Origin: Candidatus Omnitrophota bacterium
GTDB lineage: Bacteria; Omnitrophota; Gorgyraeia; B26-G9
Assembly: GCA_043814605.1 (NCBI GenBank)
Contig: JBDRJV010000016.1
Coordinates: 16,218-80,217 of the forward strand
Reading direction: 5' to 3'
Length of the DNA: 64,000 bases
The translations under genes were made by a program, and so were the position numbers. The stretch's first letter is position 1, and every line of letters begins with the position of its first letter. The notes under the pieces are model-generated. The model did not search any database, was not told the origin of the DNA, and saw only the letters and a list, made by a program, of their open reading frames with translations. Below are positions 1 to 10,033 of this stretch, piece after piece.

Positions 1-21
1 TGGTGGGCGCGGTAGGACTCG
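1..21 (-). repeat. Duplicated 3' end (T-arm 3' side, acceptor stem, CCA) of tRNA-Val
   Basis: tggtgggcgcggtaggactcg at 1-21 is identical to 156-176. Confidence 0.9.
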
Positions 22-155
22 CCTACTTCGTTTGCAGCATCGTGCTGCTCACTGCGTAGGCTCCCCTGCGCTCACTTCCGTTCACAATCCTGTTCACTTT
101 TCCTCACTCTTGCTCGGCGTTTGCTTGCTTCTCGTCCTATATCCATGAAAATTCA

Positions 156-232
156 TGGTGGGCGCGGTAGGACTCGAACCTACGACCCCCTCCTTGTAAG
201 GGAGGTGCTCTAACCAACTGTGCTACGCGCCC
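156..232 (-). tRNA. tRNA-Val(TAC)
   Basis: Reverse complement GGGCGCGTAGCACAGTTGGTTAGAGCACCTCCCTTACAAGGAGGGGGTCGTAGGTTCGAGTCCTACCGCGCCCACCA forms a full cloverleaf with anticodon loop CTTACAA and an encoded CCA. Confidence 0.97.
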
Positions 233-250
233 TAGTCTGTTAGAGGTTAA

Positions 251-279
251 AGTTTACAACATTTAATTTGTTTTGTCAA
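251..279 (-). promoter_or_regulatory. Sigma70-type promoter for tRNA-Val
   Basis: Minus strand reads TTGACA-17 nt-TAAACT just upstream of the tRNA. Confidence 0.7.
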
Positions 280-336
280 TAGGCCAAATTTTTAAATAAG
301 TAATAAGTTAGAACTTAATAAAATTAGCTATCCTCC

Positions 337-365
337 TTGATTTTCATGAATAAATTTGTTATAAT
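337..365 (+). promoter_or_regulatory. Sigma70-type promoter for pckG
   Basis: TTGATT-17 nt-TATAAT with an extended TG. Confidence 0.55.
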
Positions 366-410
366 CACACACTAATATAAAGGAAACAAATTAAAAAATG
401 AAAGGAAAAT

Positions 411-2282
411 ATGGATACGAAACTGATGAATTTATTAGAAAAAAAATGTGCTGCGGATAATTATCAAAAACTAACCCAGCTTAATAATTCTGAAGCTATG
501 GAATTTATTGCTAAATATGTAGAATTGTGTAATCCTGATTCTGTTTTTGTGCGCACAGATTCTGATGCGGATATTCAATACATCCGTAATCGAGCTATAG
601 AATTAGGCGAGGAAAAGCCCCTGAAAACTAAAGGGCATACAGTTCATTTTGATGGGATAAATGACCAGGGCCGGGATAAATTTAGCACAAGGTTTTTTAT
701 GGTCAAAGGCGTAGAATTCGGTTCGCATATCCATGCGATTGACCGGGATCAAGGGGCTGAGGAAATAAACAAGTTGCTTAAAAATATTATGTCCGGGAAG
801 CAGATGTACGTGGCGTTTTTCTGTTTAGGCCCGGTAAATTCGGATTTTTCCGTATATGCGGTACAGCTTACTGATTCTACTTATGTTAGCCATTCCGAAG
901 ATATCCTTTACCGCTCTGGATATGAGGCGTTTAAAAAGGAAGGCAAGAAAAAAGGTTTTTTTAAATTTGTGCATTCTGCCGGAGAACTGGAAAATAATGT
1001 AAGTAAAAATTGGGAAAGCCGCCGGGTCTATATAAATTTAAATGAAAATATTGTCTACAGTGCTAATACTCAATATGCGGGTAATACCGTGGGGTTAAAA
1101 AAACTTGCTTTACGTTTAGCAATTAATAAAGCCGATAAGGAAGGCTGGCTAGCCGAACACATGTTTGTCATGGGGGTTAACGGCCCGAATAAACGAAAAA
1201 CATATTTTACCGGTGCTTATCCCAGTTCCTGCGGAAAAACATCAACTTGTATGGTGGAAGGAGAAAGTATTATTGGCGATGATATTGCTTATTTGAGGAA
1301 AAAAGACGGGAAGATTTTTGCGGTGAATGTAGAAAGAGGAATTTTTGGGATAATTAAGGATGTCAATCCGGAGGATGATTTAAAAATATGGAATGTGCTG
1401 AATAGTCCGGGAGAAGTGATTGTTTCCAATATTTTAGTTAAAGACGGAAAAGCTTATTGGCAAGGGGACGGACGGGAAGTTCCGGATACAGGTTATAACT
1501 TTTCCGGGTTATGGACAAAAGGAAAAAAAGATAAATCGGGAAATGAAATAAAACATGCGCATAATAATGCCAGATATACAATAAGATTAGGCGAATTGGA
1601 TAATTGCGATCAGAACCTGGAAAATCTGAACGGCGTAGAAATAAAAGGAATCATTTATGGCGGACGCGATTCTAATACCTGGGTGCCTGTTTTTCAAAGT
1701 TTTGATTGGGATCATGGGGTGGTATGTGTGGCCAGTTCCTTAGAATCAGAAACAACAGCCGCTACCTTGGGCAAAGAAGGAGTCCGGAAATTTAACCTTA
1801 TGGCTAATCTGGATTTTCTGGCTATTCCTATCGGGAAGTATATTCAGAATCATCTCAGCTTTGCTAAAGGATTAGATTTTGTACCTATAATTTTTGGAGT
1901 GAATTATTTTATTAAAGATAAAAAGGGTAATTATTTAAGCGGCATGCATGATAAGAGGGTGTGGCTAAAGTGGATGGAATTACGGATTCATAATAATGTG
2001 GGAGCAATCACTACTCCGCTGGGCATGATTCCGCGTTATGAGGATTTAGAGAAACTGTTTAAAGATGTTTTAGGACAAGATTATCCGGAAACATTATATA
2101 ACGAACAATTTATGATTCGGATTCCGGAGAATTTAGAAAAAATTGAACGGATTTTTGAAGTTTATGAAGCGAATGTGATTAATATCCCGGATATGATTTT
2201 TGCTAAACTTGACGGGCAACGCAAAAGATTGGAAGCATTAAGGGCAAAAATCGGTGATTATGTTATTCCTAACCAGCTTTAA
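411..2282 (+). CDS. pckG: GTP-dependent phosphoenolpyruvate carboxykinase
   Basis: YAGNTVGLKK, WLAEHM, GAYPSSCGKT, IGDDIAY, NARY and IIYGGRD motifs. Confidence 0.95.
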   Translation: MDTKLMNLLEKKCAADNYQKLTQLNNSEAMEFIAKYVELCNPDSVFVRTDSDADIQYIRNRAIELGEEKPLKTKGHTVHFDGINDQGRDKFSTRFFMVKGVEFGSHIHAIDRDQGAEEINKLLKNIMSGKQMYVAFFCLGPVNSDFSVYAVQLTDSTYVSHSEDILYRSGYEAFKKEGKKKGFFKFVHSAGELENNVSKNWESRRVYINLNENIVYSANTQYAGNTVGLKKLALRLAINKADKEGWLAEHMFVMGVNGPNKRKTYFTGAYPSSCGKTSTCMVEGESIIGDDIAYLRKKDGKIFAVNVERGIFGIIKDVNPEDDLKIWNVLNSPGEVIVSNILVKDGKAYWQGDGREVPDTGYNFSGLWTKGKKDKSGNEIKHAHNNARYTIRLGELDNCDQNLENLNGVEIKGIIYGGRDSNTWVPVFQSFDWDHGVVCVASSLESETTAATLGKEGVRKFNLMANLDFLAIPIGKYIQNHLSFAKGLDFVPIIFGVNYFIKDKKGNYLSGMHDKRVWLKWMELRIHNNVGAITTPLGMIPRYEDLEKLFKDVLGQDYPETLYNEQFMIRIPENLEKIERIFEVYEANVINIPDMIFAKLDGQRKRLEALRAKIGDYVIPNQL

Positions 2283-2286
2283 TAAA

Positions 2287-2322
2287 AAGACATCCTATAA
2301 TGGAAAAGTAGGAGGATGTCTT
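2287..2322. terminator. Hairpin after pckG (possible terminator)
   Basis: aagacatcct...aggatgtctt 10-bp inverted repeat; weak U-tract. Confidence 0.45.
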
Positions 2323-2360
2323 GATTATATAGATTAAAGTTATTTTATGAGGAGATTACA

Positions 2361-2732
2361 GTGATTAAGGAGAGGGATCTGTTAACTGAGAAAATAATCG
2401 CTTGTGCGTATAATGTGCATAGTAAGCTTGGTCCTGGATTTAGCGAAAGCATATACCATAAGGCATTAAAAATAACCTTAAAAGAACAGGGTTTAAAGTA
2501 TCAAACTGAGAAAAGTTTTGATGTTTGTTTTCATGGTAAAAACATTGGTAAATGTAGGCTCGATTTAGTCATCGCCGACAAGATTGTAACAGAACTGAAA
2601 GCTTTTAGCGGAAATATTCTTGCTGTATTTGAATCACAGGTTTTATCTTATCTAAAAGCATCAGGATACAAAGTGGGGTTATTGATAAACTTTGGCAACA
2701 AGAGTTGTCAAGTCAGAAGATTAATGGTTTAA
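2361..2732 (+). CDS. GxxExxY family protein (PD-(D/E)XK-like)
   Basis: [34 protein letters not shown] and GLLINFG motifs. Confidence 0.92.
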   Translation: MIKERDLLTEKIIACAYNVHSKLGPGFSESIYHKALKITLKEQGLKYQTEKSFDVCFHGKNIGKCRLDLVIADKIVTELKAFSGNILAVFESQVLSYLKASGYKVGLLINFGNKSCQVRRLMV

Positions 2733-2808
2733 TCTTCGTAATCTATTGTTAATCGTTGTAATCAGGGATAATCCAATCCAGGACTTAGGATTATACCAGG
2801 AGAGTGTG

Positions 2809-3714
2809 ATGAGTAAAAATTTATTGCCGGATTTAAAAGGCATAGAATTTTTAAAACGCGGAAAGGTGAGAGAAATATATGATTTGAATAAGTATTTACT
2901 AATTATTTCTAGTGATAGGATTTCCTGCTTTGATGTGATTTTACCTACACAAATACCGGATAAAGGCAAAGTGCTTACACAAATTTCCCAGTTTTGGTTT
3001 GATTTCACAAAAAACATTATTAGCAATCATTTAATTAGTTCTGATATTGATGAAATTTATAATCTGTCCGGGTTCTCCGATAAACTTAAAATGTATGAAG
3101 ATGTTTTGCAAGACCGGACAATGCTGGTTAAAAAGGCACAGCCTCTGCCAGTGGAATGTATAGTGCGGGGTTATTTATCCGGCTCAGGCTGGAAAGATTA
3201 TCAAAAAACCGGTTCGATTTGCGGGATTAAATTGCCTAAAGGATTAAAAGAATCAGAAAAGCTGCCGGAAATAATTTTTACGCCTTCAACCAAAGCAGAT
3301 GTCGGCCATGACCTGAATGTAACCCAAGACTATATTGAAGACTTGATTGGAAAAGAGGCTGCGGGTAAAATTAAAGCAGCGAGTATTGCAATTTATAAAA
3401 AAGCCAGTGAATACGCACGTTCTAAAGGTATAATTATTGCCGATACAAAATTTGAATTTGGGAAAATCAAGGATGAAATTATTCTTATCGATGAAGTATT
3501 AACGCCTGATTCTTCCCGGTTTTGGCCGCTGTCTGAATATACTCCGGGAAAATCCCAGCCTAGTTTTGATAAACAGTTTGTGCGGGATTATCTGGAAACT
3601 CTAGATTGGGACAAAACTTATCCCGGCCCGGAATTGCCCGAAGAAATAGTTAATAAAACTCATGATAAATATCAGCAAGCTTTAAAAATTCTCACAGGAT
3701 TAAAACGGAGATAA
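2809..3714 (+). CDS. purC: SAICAR synthetase
   Basis: [40 protein letters not shown] and FDKQFVRD motifs. Start placed at ATG 2809 after an AGGAG RBS. Confidence 0.96.
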   Translation: MSKNLLPDLKGIEFLKRGKVREIYDLNKYLLIISSDRISCFDVILPTQIPDKGKVLTQISQFWFDFTKNIISNHLISSDIDEIYNLSGFSDKLKMYEDVLQDRTMLVKKAQPLPVECIVRGYLSGSGWKDYQKTGSICGIKLPKGLKESEKLPEIIFTPSTKADVGHDLNVTQDYIEDLIGKEAAGKIKAASIAIYKKASEYARSKGIIIADTKFEFGKIKDEIILIDEVLTPDSSRFWPLSEYTPGKSQPSFDKQFVRDYLETLDWDKTYPGPELPEEIVNKTHDKYQQALKILTGLKRR

Positions 3715-3722
3715 AATAGGTA

Positions 3723-4058
3723 ATGAAAAGAAAGGATCGTTGCTGGGAATATATGCGTTGCGGTGAAGAGATCACCTGTTCTGTTTTTCCGGACGGAGGA
3801 GAAACGTGTTGGGAAATAGCGGGCACAATGCGCTCTAATGAAGCAGAAAAAAGGCTGGAAAAACTAAGCCAAATAGCGCAGGAAAGCGGCACAGATATAA
3901 CCGAAGAACAATTACAGCAGCAATTTAAATCTGTAAAGCAGGTAAAACTTTGTAAATATATCGAGCGCTACGGGTCTTGTAAATGCTGTCCTTATTATAA
4001 ATTTGCCGAGAAATTTGAACGCGACCGCAGGGGAAGCAGTAAATCCGATGCGTTTTAA
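3723..4058 (+). CDS. Cys-rich two-CW-like domain protein
   Basis: CWEYMRC...C...CWEIAGT...CKCCPYY pattern. Confidence 0.65.
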   Translation: MKRKDRCWEYMRCGEEITCSVFPDGGETCWEIAGTMRSNEAEKRLEKLSQIAQESGTDITEEQLQQQFKSVKQVKLCKYIERYGSCKCCPYYKFAEKFERDRRGSSKSDAF

Positions 4059-4063
4059 AATTT

Positions 4064-4660
4064 TTAAAATGTTTTAATCTTTATCGAAAATAATTCCAAA
4101 ATAGGTTTTAATTTTTTTAAAGGCAATCCCACCACATTATAATAATCACCTTCAATTTTTTTTACTAAGATATCCATATCTTTCTGTACGGCATAGGCAC
4201 CGGCTTTATCATGATTTTTTAAAGCCAGTTTTTTAATTTTAGGGGGAGATAGTTTGCGGGTATAGATGGTTGTTCGGTCAATATCCAGGATGGTTTTATT
4301 AGTTGAGGAATCGATCACAGCAAGCGCAGTGTACACATCGTGTTTGGTATTGCTTAATTTAGTGAGAATTCTTCGGGCATCTTGCATATTGCGCGGCTTG
4401 CCAAATATTTTATTTTTATAAACAACAATTGTATCTGCGGCAATAATTATTGCATGGTTTTCTTTATTTTTCTGAGCTGCAATTTTTCGGGCTTTATTAT
4501 GGGCTAAATGCAGGGCATGGTGGGCAGGCGAAATATCACCTGTAGTTTTCTCGTTTATGCGGCTAGGCATAACCTTAAATTTAAGCCCGGCTTTTTCCAG
4601 TAATGCTTTACGCCGGAGCGATGCGGATGCGAGAATTACTTTACTTGCTTTCCGGATCAT
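4064..4660 (-). CDS. maf: Maf family nucleoside triphosphate pyrophosphatase
   Basis: ILASASLRR, IIAADTIV, GKP, DKAGAY and EGDYYNVVGLP motifs. ATG at 4660 overlaps the upstream stop (ATGA). Confidence 0.93.
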   Translation of the reverse strand: MIRKASKVILASASLRRKALLEKAGLKFKVMPSRINEKTTGDISPAHHALHLAHNKARKIAAQKNKENHAIIIAADTIVVYKNKIFGKPRNMQDARRILTKLSNTKHDVYTALAVIDSSTNKTILDIDRTTIYTRKLSPPKIKKLALKNHDKAGAYAVQKDMDILVKKIEGDYYNVVGLPLKKLKPILELFSIKIKTF

Positions 4661-6270
4661 TGAAGCTGGTTTTCCTCTAAATAAGTTTCGGGATTGGCTT
4701 CGGCTTTGATTTGTGTAAACCAATCATTTAAAAATTCATTTTTCTTTTTAGTTAAAACTCTGGCCTGATAGTTTTCTTTTTCTTTGTTAAAAGTTTCCTC
4801 ATCAATGGGTGTTTTATTAATCAAAGCAGCAATGCAATATCCTTTAGGGGTATTTATAACCAAAGAAACCTGGCCTGCTTCCAGCTGAAATATGGTTTCG
4901 GCAAAGTCCTGGGCAAATCCCAGTTCCGGAATATATCCGTTACGGGTAAAATCTTTAGTTTCTTTTACTTCTAGATTCTTGCTTTGTCCGGCTTGCTCAA
5001 AGGATAGATTTTCACTAGTGCAGAGAGCAGCTATTTCCTCGCGAATTTGTTCAGCCTGAGCTTTGGCAATTTTTTTCGCTTCTTCTTTTTTATAATCTGC
5101 AACAACTTTATCTTTTACATCTTCATATTCAGGAATATAAGGGGCAATTTTCTTCATCGGTTTTAAAATATAATAAGCCGTGGGAGTTTGAATAATTTCG
5201 CTGATCTCGCCGATTTTAAGTGCAAAAGCGGCTTTTAAAAAAGGAAAACTTAACCCGACCTTGGGTATTTCCTCAAGCATGGAAAACGGCCCTGTTTCTT
5301 CTGCGGTTAACCCAAAACTTTCGACAACTTCACTAAAATTTTCACTGCTGTAAAGCATGCTGATTATCCGGCGGGATAAATCCAATGCATGGTTTTGCAT
5401 TTCCTTTTCAATCAGTTTTTCTTTGATTGCCGTCTTTACTTCAGCCAGGGGTTTATATTCTGGTTCTGTGATTTCTTTTTCCGCGTCATTTTTTGCTGTA
5501 ACTTTGTAAGTTTCTTTGTTATTGTTGTAATATTTTTCAATTCTTTCATCTGTAATATTGATTTCTTCCTTAAAATTTTCAAGTTTTATTTCCACATAAG
5601 TTACGTTTACTTGTTCGGGTTTTTTAAATGCTTCTGTATTTGCCTGATAATATGTTTTTAAAGCGGTTTCATTATCCAGGGAAACTGTATCTTCAAAGCC
5701 AGCGGGATCAATTAAGGCATACATCGCTTGTGCTTTTTCATTATTTTTGATGAATTCTTTTCTGATTTCAGTTTCATCAACAGTGATGTCTTTTATTAAA
5801 CCTTCCATAAGTTTATTCATAATTAAGGAATCACTAAGTCCTTTTTCAAATTCAGCCGGAGTCTGCTGGAAAATGCTCGAAATTATTAAAGCATAATTTT
5901 GCGGGGTCAAATCTTCGTATTTTAAAAAAGGCAAATTTCTGATGTATTCAAGCAATTCTTTATTGGTCACGCTAATTTTTCTTTTTTTTGCTTCGTGCAG
6001 GAGAATTAACCGGGTCCAGGTTTGCTCATCCAGATCAATAGACTGGTCGAATTTTTCTCCGTAACGCATCAGTGCATCATTACGTGCGGCGCGTTTTGCA
6101 TCAATAAATTCTCTCCATTGAATTTTTTGATTAAATATCTTACCCGCATATCCGGAACGGCGGTTTTTTACAGCGGAACCGATATTCCAGATAACAAAAG
6201 CCGGTACGATAAAAATTGCGATAACCCACATGATTGTTTTTGTGTATTTTCTTAAATTTTTAAATAACAT
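4657..6270 (-). CDS. SurA N-terminal/PpiD-like periplasmic chaperone
   Basis: N-terminal TM anchor, SurA_N-like helical region, degenerate parvulin-like motifs (AAFALKIGEISEII, QLEAGQVSLVINTPKGY). Confidence 0.85.
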   Translation of the reverse strand: MLFKNLRKYTKTIMWVIAIFIVPAFVIWNIGSAVKNRRSGYAGKIFNQKIQWREFIDAKRAARNDALMRYGEKFDQSIDLDEQTWTRLILLHEAKKRKISVTNKELLEYIRNLPFLKYEDLTPQNYALIISSIFQQTPAEFEKGLSDSLIMNKLMEGLIKDITVDETEIRKEFIKNNEKAQAMYALIDPAGFEDTVSLDNETALKTYYQANTEAFKKPEQVNVTYVEIKLENFKEEINITDERIEKYYNNNKETYKVTAKNDAEKEITEPEYKPLAEVKTAIKEKLIEKEMQNHALDLSRRIISMLYSSENFSEVVESFGLTAEETGPFSMLEEIPKVGLSFPFLKAAFALKIGEISEIIQTPTAYYILKPMKKIAPYIPEYEDVKDKVVADYKKEEAKKIAKAQAEQIREEIAALCTSENLSFEQAGQSKNLEVKETKDFTRNGYIPELGFAQDFAETIFQLEAGQVSLVINTPKGYCIAALINKTPIDEETFNKEKENYQARVLTKKKNEFLNDWFTQIKAEANPETYLEENQLQ

Positions 6271-6388
6271 ATTTGCCTCCGTGTTTAATTAAGTTTAATA
6301 ATAGAATATTTTAACAGTATAGCGAAAAAAACAAAACTTTGCAAATTTTTTGACAAAAGAATGGTTATATGATACAGTTCAAAATGAA

Positions 6389-7015
6389 ATGGATAAAAGA
6401 TTAGAATTAGTCAAATATGCAAAACTTACAGCACGCAATCACCTTGTGCACTGCTCTAGCGGCAACATAAGCGTCAAGGATAAATCAGCAATGCTGATAA
6501 AGGCCAGCGGTGTATATATGGAAAAAGCTAGAAAAAGTGATTTTGTGCCCGTAGATATTAAAACACTTAAATATAATCGAAAATCATCAGCCCCAAGTTG
6601 TGAGTATCGGATGCATGCTGCTTGCTATAAAGCACGTCAGGATATTGCCTGTGTTTTGCACACGCATCCTTTTTATTCAACCTTATTGCTGGTCTGTTCA
6701 ATAACGCCAAAATTTATATTGCCGGAATCTATCTTAACCGCCGGTTCAAAATTAGGTTTAATTTCTTATGTTTGTCCGGGAACAGAAAAGTTAGCTAAAA
6801 ATATAACCGCCAAAATAAAAAAACATAATATTATTTTCTTAAAAAATCATGGGCTTTTAGTTGTTGGCGCTGATTTAAAGCAAGCTTACGAGAGAACAAT
6901 ACTCACAGAACAAATGGCGAAAATGCAGGTTTTAGCTTATCTTATGGGCAGAAAAATTAGCGCGATTAGCCCGGCTCAAGCTAAAAAAATTATAAAAGAC
7001 TTAGCAAAAAAATAA
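6389..7015 (+). CDS. Class II aldolase/adducin family protein
   Basis: SGNIS, PSCEYRMH, VLHTH and LKNHG motifs. The track's TTG at 6350 overlaps a TTGACA -35 box, so ATG 6389 is preferred. Confidence 0.88.
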   Translation: MDKRLELVKYAKLTARNHLVHCSSGNISVKDKSAMLIKASGVYMEKARKSDFVPVDIKTLKYNRKSSAPSCEYRMHAACYKARQDIACVLHTHPFYSTLLLVCSITPKFILPESILTAGSKLGLISYVCPGTEKLAKNITAKIKKHNIIFLKNHGLLVVGADLKQAYERTILTEQMAKMQVLAYLMGRKISAISPAQAKKIIKDLAKK

Positions 7016-7051
7016 TTCGGTTACTTTGATCATGGATTATGAGCTTTAACT

Positions 7052-8044
7052 ATGTTAGCTAAAAAAGTACAAGAAAAAATTGACCTTGCCCTAAATTTTC
7101 AGCAATCCGCTTCTGTACCTATCTGTGAATTTATTGATAATGAAAAAGTGTTTTATTATTTTTCCCATAAATCCAATCCGGATATTGAAGATAAAGTAAA
7201 AGCTTATCATGGATTAAGGGTGGATATTTGCTGGCGGTTTGAACAGCGCAGAGATTACCGGAAGAAGGGTTTGGGGGAAATTCTACACAGCAAATTTTTA
7301 AGAACACATAATTTAAAAGTTTTAAGCCGTGATGAACTAGAAGCGGAATTTGCTGATTTTAGAATACAGCAAAAACTATTTGAACCCTACACTTATTTAT
7401 CAATGTCTGCAGATGGATGTTTAAGCCCGGCTTACCGGAGTCTCGGTTTTGAAAGGTTTAGTCAAAAGATGTATACTGAGCCCCTGGAAATAGAAAGACT
7501 GATCGGAATTTTTGCCGAAAACCTGCATTTAAGAGCAGAGGAATTTAGCAAGCAGAATCTCGGACAGATTTTTTTTATTAAGGATTGTATTGGATATGAA
7601 AAGGGGTTAATATTCAGCCTGGATTTTTTAAAACAACACTGGCTGCCTAAAATTAAGGATGCGATAGAACATTTAAAGTCTAAAAATATAAAAGTAATCC
7701 TGCATTCATCCGGGAATATTACGGAAGCTTTAGATGCTCTTATTGATATCGGGATTGATGGTATCCATCCTGTAGACATTCAAGCCGGGATGGATATAAA
7801 CCTAATAAAAAAACAATATGCAAAAAGCTTAATTTTGTTTGGTTCTGTTGATATTTATAATAAGCAGGCAGATGAGATTTTTCAGCTAACGAAAAATTGC
7901 CTAAATAATGTTTTTTACCAAGGCGGATATTTTATGGGCACTTGTCAGGGAATTAATAGGAAATTAGATTTAAAGTCAGTTTTAGCCTTTTTTTCCTCAA
8001 TCAGGGAATTTAATAAAACCAACCCAAACCAGAATGAAAATTAA
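7052..8044 (+). CDS. Uroporphyrinogen decarboxylase/methyltransferase (MtaA/CmuA-like) family protein, divergent
   Basis: ILHSSGNI, GIDGIHPVD..AGMD, ILFGSVD and GGYFMG motifs. Confidence 0.75.
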   Translation: MLAKKVQEKIDLALNFQQSASVPICEFIDNEKVFYYFSHKSNPDIEDKVKAYHGLRVDICWRFEQRRDYRKKGLGEILHSKFLRTHNLKVLSRDELEAEFADFRIQQKLFEPYTYLSMSADGCLSPAYRSLGFERFSQKMYTEPLEIERLIGIFAENLHLRAEEFSKQNLGQIFFIKDCIGYEKGLIFSLDFLKQHWLPKIKDAIEHLKSKNIKVILHSSGNITEALDALIDIGIDGIHPVDIQAGMDINLIKKQYAKSLILFGSVDIYNKQADEIFQLTKNCLNNVFYQGGYFMGTCQGINRKLDLKSVLAFFSSIREFNKTNPNQNEN

Positions 8045-8132
8045 TATCCTAACTGCTTTGATTCCAAAATATTAAAATATTTGTAAAAGTATTAAATATA
8101 TGCTATACTTCTACTGAAAGGGGTTATGGGAA

Positions 8133-8681
8133 ATGGATTTTTTTTGTCTACTTAATAAAGGACTTATAAAACTAATTAAAATACTAAAAATAAGTTGTAT
8201 TTTTTTAGTTTTTCTCTCCATAAATTTTAGCAATGCGTTAGAAACTCAAGCTCAAGATACAAGTATTGTAATTGCTCAGTTAGCCAGTCAGTACCAGATA
8301 AATCCTCAGTTAATTTATAGTATGATTTCTGTAGAAAGCAGTTTTAACATAAACGCTGTAAGCCATTGCGATGCCAGAGGAATAATGCAGGTTACACGGC
8401 CGACTTGGGATTGGATTACTCAGGAGTACTTAGAAGTTAATTGGGATTTTGATGAAGATTGCTTTGATCTGGAAAAAAATATAACAGTAGGGATTAGATT
8501 TCTGAAATGGATAAGTGATTATTTGGATAACCACTCAGCAGAGCTTAATGATACAAAACTAAATTTAATGGCAGCTTGCTATAATGCCGGCCCAGGAGCA
8601 ATACAAAAATATAATTTCCAAATTCCGCCTTATGAAGAAACACAGAATTACGTAAAAAAAATCAATGATTTTCTGCAGTAA
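8133..8681 (+). CDS. Lytic transglycosylase (SLT domain), secreted
   Basis: ISVESSF (catalytic Glu), ARGIMQV, YNAGPG and ETQNYV motifs; hydrophobic N-terminus. Confidence 0.92.
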   Translation: MDFFCLLNKGLIKLIKILKISCIFLVFLSINFSNALETQAQDTSIVIAQLASQYQINPQLIYSMISVESSFNINAVSHCDARGIMQVTRPTWDWITQEYLEVNWDFDEDCFDLEKNITVGIRFLKWISDYLDNHSAELNDTKLNLMAACYNAGPGAIQKYNFQIPPYEETQNYVKKINDFLQ

Positions 8682-8895
8682 TACTTGCCTATCTATCTGT
8701 TAATAAATTAGTTATAATTTAATTTAAAATTTTGTGGAAAAATAATAGTTTTTAAATTATAAATGTGTTAAAATACGTTAGGTTAAAATAGTAAATCTGC
8801 TAAATATGCAAAAAGTTATATTAAAAATTGGTAAGTTGTTTATTCTAAATAAAAAAGATAAATTTAGTATTGATTTTTTTTCATTTTGAGGTATA

Positions 8896-9564
8896 ATGAA
8901 CGACACAGGAATTCTTTATGTAGTTGCAACACCTATTGGTAATCTTAAAGATATTACTTTTAGAGCTGTGGAAATATTATCTGCTGTTGATATAATTGCT
9001 TGCGAAGACACAAGACATACGCAAATATTGTTAAAACATTACAATATTAAAAAGCCGTTACTCAGTTATTTTGAATATAATAAGCTTAAAAGAATAGACC
9101 AAATAATAAGTTCTTTAAAAGACGGTAAAAACATAGCATTAGTATCTGATGCCGGGACCCCGGGAATTTCTGATCCGGGAAGCAGCTTGATAAAACAGGT
9201 AATTGATACGGGGTTGAAATTAGAAGTGATTCCGGGCGCTTGCGCACTAATCGCCGGCTTAGTGGTTTCGGGCAGTTTAAAGCATAAATTTGTTTTTGAA
9301 GGTTTTTTACCCGTCAAATCAGGAGCACGAAAAAAAGTCCTCGAAAATTTAAAAGCCGAAAAAAGATCAATTATTTTTTATGAATCACCACACCGGCTGC
9401 TTAAAACTTTAAATGATATTGAAATTGTGCGGGGGAATTGCAGTATTGCGATAGCGCGTGAATTAACAAAAAAATTTGAGCAGATTTTTAGAGGCACAAC
9501 TCAAGAGGCAATCACATATTTTACAAAACATAAGCCTAAAGGTGAGTTTGTGATAATTATCTAG
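8896..9564 (+). CDS. rsmI: 16S rRNA (cytidine1402-2'-O)-methyltransferase
   Basis: LYVVATPIGNL, CEDTRHT, VSDAGTPGISDPG, YESPHR, ARELTK and KGEFV motifs. Confidence 0.96.
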   Translation: MNDTGILYVVATPIGNLKDITFRAVEILSAVDIIACEDTRHTQILLKHYNIKKPLLSYFEYNKLKRIDQIISSLKDGKNIALVSDAGTPGISDPGSSLIKQVIDTGLKLEVIPGACALIAGLVVSGSLKHKFVFEGFLPVKSGARKKVLENLKAEKRSIIFYESPHRLLKTLNDIEIVRGNCSIAIARELTKKFEQIFRGTTQEAITYFTKHKPKGEFVIII

Positions 9565-9586
9565 AAAAAATAGGAAGGGTGATATT

Positions 9587-9988
9587 ATGAACGAAAATCA
9601 CAAGCATGTAATTTTATTAATGGAAGATGATGAAGTACTCAGACGGTATCTGGCAAAGCTTTTAAGAGCTGATGATTTTGAGGTTCTCGAAGCAGCCACA
9701 GTTAAAGATGCCCTTGAGTTATCAAAAAGACCGCAGCTTAATTTAGTTGTTGCGGATTTAAAAATGCCTGATGATACAGCTATTGGATTAATGAAGAAGC
9801 TCTCACAAATGCATATTGACATTCCGGTAATTATTATTACCGCCTACGGAGAATGGGAAACTTATTTGGAAGCTTTGGATTTGGGAGTGTGTGATTATCT
9901 TAATAAGCCTATTGAATATACAGAGTTTAAGGAAAAGATTAAAGCTGTTTTAACTAAAAATAAAAAGAAAAAATCAAAACAAAAATAG
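9587..9988 (+). CDS. Single-domain response regulator (REC)
   Basis: MEDD acidic pocket, DLKMP phospho-Asp, ITA and NKP motifs. Confidence 0.9.
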   Translation: MNENHKHVILLMEDDEVLRRYLAKLLRADDFEVLEAATVKDALELSKRPQLNLVVADLKMPDDTAIGLMKKLSQMHIDIPVIIITAYGEWETYLEALDLGVCDYLNKPIEYTEFKEKIKAVLTKNKKKKSKQK

Positions 9989-10033
9989 ATTTTTAAAAAA
10001 TTGATTGACGCTAATTCAGTAATTAAATAAATA

